Positions 61,214 through 64,000 of a stretch of 64,000 nucleotides of DNA are shown in pieces. The DNA lies in assembly GCF_040938485.1 (NCBI RefSeq), contig NW_027271052.1:744001-808000 (forward strand), written 5' to 3'. The DNA comes from Diadema antillarum (Eukaryota). The translations under genes and the position numbers were made by a program. Each line of letters starts with the position of its first letter. Positions within the stretch are counted from its first letter, which is position 1. The notes under the pieces are model-generated. The model saw only the letters and a program-made list of their open reading frames with translations. It was not told where the DNA came from and did no database searches.

Positions 61214-63601
61214 GTGTATGGAATTGTAAATCGTTTCATAAAATCTTTCGATCACAGATAACACTTTAATCAAAGTTACTTGATAATAACTTATTGCTAT
61301 TGAACTCAAACATGTGAAACGCTTTTTATCAAACAAACCTGATGTAAGAAAGAAAATAAGTCTATTCATTATTGTAATTCACATATCTTCATTCCAGCAG
61401 TTCAATATTGCTGATGGGCAGGAATCGCTTCAGAGCTAGACGATGCACTTGTTGGAATGATAAAAGGGGCTATGTAGGTCATTTAGCTCCTTTCCGAGAG
61501 CACAATATCAAAGGAAGGAGGGTAAGGCGCCACCTACGAAGGTAACACCGCTGACTCAAAGCCGTGATTGGGTCTGTCTTCCGAATCAATCCGAGCTATG
61601 ACCTCGGTGATATTATCAAAGTGTGATTTCATCAAATTTACTAAATGCCAAGGACGATGTAAACGATAAATAGCTGTTGTCTTCACACGTCAATTTGAAA
61701 TTAACTCAGATGCTCATTAAAAACGCATATGGGCAAAAAGGAAAAATGAATTAAAACTTTATAATTTAAGTGCTGGTGGTGAAGGGGATTGTATAACACG
61801 ACCATGGAATCTTTTAAGCATTTTATACTACGTTCTTTTTGTTTTTGTTTTGTTTGGGACTTTTTTGAGTGAGAGATATGCGTAGTGTATGTAACATAGG
61901 TATGAATGTTTGCAAACATATTCCCTAAGTTCTATTTGTAAGATGTAATTACTACTAATAATAAGGGGTACATTTTTTGGATATGTTATGAGAGAGCCGA
62001 GGGGAGTAGGCGTGTACGTGTACAATAAAGCAGTAACAAAAATAATAAAGATAGAATAACTGAGCGAATACTTGAATATTTAAGGCAGTATATAAACACA
62101 CACACACACACACACACACCCACACACACAACGACGACGTCCTTATTATCCATGTTATCAGGGCAGCGATTTGGCGATTTGCTCTTCTACAACCAACACA
62201 AACTGCCTCAGAATGTTCAACTATTCATAATCATAAGGTCCCATGACGCTACAGATCGTATCTAGAAAGGGCCAAAATTGTTTAATTAGGCCGTAACTTT
62301 CCTGCCGCAAAATTGTCAAAAGACCAAGGTTCTTCTATAGACAACCCAAAACAATAGAAGCTCCAACTTGTACAGATTGCTATTCATTGGAAACAAAGGA
62401 ATATAACGTAGCTGCGACTGTCATTCGAAAGTTAACAAGCAAAGCGTTCGATAAACGCAACCTTAGCCAGAGCGCTGTGTCAGAGACACAAATAAATTAA
62501 TCTGTTTGCTAGTTGGAGGAACGCATTAACCTTTCAAATCAAATTTCCTCCGTATCTAGCGGCAATGACGCCAGAGGTTTGTCATTGTATTTGATTACAT
62601 GGTGAGAATAAGATTCATAGGCTGTACATGACACTAATGGGGAAATTGATGTGTATCAAATTAAACAATGCCAAATGTACCATTATATGAAACCTTCAAC
62701 GAACAAAGGTTTTCTCGTGCACCAGGGTTTTAGGCATTGCCTAAAAGTTAACATTATAGCAAAGTTTCTATCACACATACGGATAAACTGTGTCAACTGC
62801 CCTACTACTACCCGAAAGAGTCAGACATGTGCACTTAATTTCAAGGGTATACAGAAATATATCGTATAAACTGTGTAAAAAAAAATAGGATAGCAAATGT
62901 TGCTTTTTGTATATACCCTGAATAACAACGTAAGCTACATGCAATGTTTCTATTCATTAAAGAGTAGTATAGCAACTTGAATTGCTTGCCCAGTCTTAAC
63001 GTTCAAAAGCGACCGTCAGACCGTATTGAATAGGTATACAGTGAAAATGGTGTTACTGATGCGAATATCGACTTCGCCCTGGTAACATGGGTAACGTGAC
63101 TCGTATTTCTTTTAAGATGAAGTATTTGCAATACAATCAGCTCAGTTTCCGGCGAATAAAAAGCATAGCCGTATATGTTTCTCAACGCACTAATGCCTAT
63201 AGACCTTAGTCTTTTTTTTTTCTTTCTCAAATAACCATTTTGTTTTCTTGTTGTTGTTGGGTTGTTTTATTCATTAAAGTCAAGTGGACTTAACGTCTGA
63301 ACGAGGTCGCGACTATCCAAGCGTTCAATACAAGCTCAAGGAAGGCTGTGGCGAAAAAAAAAAAAAAACACAACCTCAATGCATCAAAAATATCGCATGT
63401 ACTGCGTAATACTATATTGCTGTTATTCTGTGTTTTTACCGTTTAATTTACCTGTCGCTATAAAGGTCGCATCATGATAGGAGTATTTATTGTTTGATGA
63501 GAAATTGCTTTTTATGAGGATTAAAAATGAAGGACAATTGCGCAAGCAGACATAAAAAGGTAACAAAATACTAAAAAGGTAAATTGAACAACTGCTGTAC
63601 C

Positions 63602-63638
<37 letters not shown>

Positions 63639-64000
63639 GGGGGGGGGAGCGATCAGTCTTAAGAAATACACGTTTTTACTGATATTCTCTTTTCTTTCAC
63701 CTTCTGTGACCTTTGTCCCTTGCTATTTTACCTTTCATAGTTATATATTTTTGTCAATAGTACTTTGCGTCCTATCTCTATTGCAAAACAAATTTACATT
63801 ATTATTTTTTTTTCCTGGAACCCGTGGTTACAAGCTCTGCTTTTGTGGTTCCGCTTTATATCATAATGTTAGCTATCCTTTTTTTTTTTCCTATTTTTGT
63901 CCTTAGAATATGTATAGACAGATAGACGTCAAGTGAAATATGAAAATAAACGTGCTGAACTGTTCCCTGTGTCTTGAGTGTAAGATCAGTGCAGTTTCAG

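Overview
Eukaryotic, intron-rich, AT-rich genomic DNA with five short assembly gaps. The repeat content and gene style suggest an invertebrate deuterostome such as a sea urchin (inference). Four genes can be built by hand from GT-AG splice sites with consistent phases. (1) The 5' half of a TRPM cation-channel gene on the minus strand: 13 coding exons, 21072->2040, about 602 aa of N-terminus/MHR1-4, continuing off the left edge. (2) An apparently intronless 109-aa orphan ORF (+, 25090-25419) behind an E2F/CDE-CHR-like element. (3) A 4-exon, 154-aa acidic, nuclear-looking orphan gene (+, 26845-30140). (4) The 3' part of an Amt-family ammonium transporter on the minus strand (51908->36302); its 5' exons were not found in the window. 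The most notable observation is in the Amt gene: two tandem paralogous exons (45689-45831 and 45451-45587) have identical splice phases, encode the same TM7-loop-TM8 segment and frameshift if both are included, which is the pattern of mutually exclusive exons. The Amt also appears to have a long C-terminal tail over three exons with alternative termination options. Introns and intergenic DNA hold many non-autonomous DNA transposons (PIF/Harbinger-, Tc1/mariner- and Kolobok-like, plus foldbacks), LINE 3' fragments (CR1/L2, RTE), a tRNA-derived SINE and microsatellites. No rRNA, intact tRNA, CRISPR array or prokaryotic system was seen. All exon models are manual predictions, not transcript-verified.
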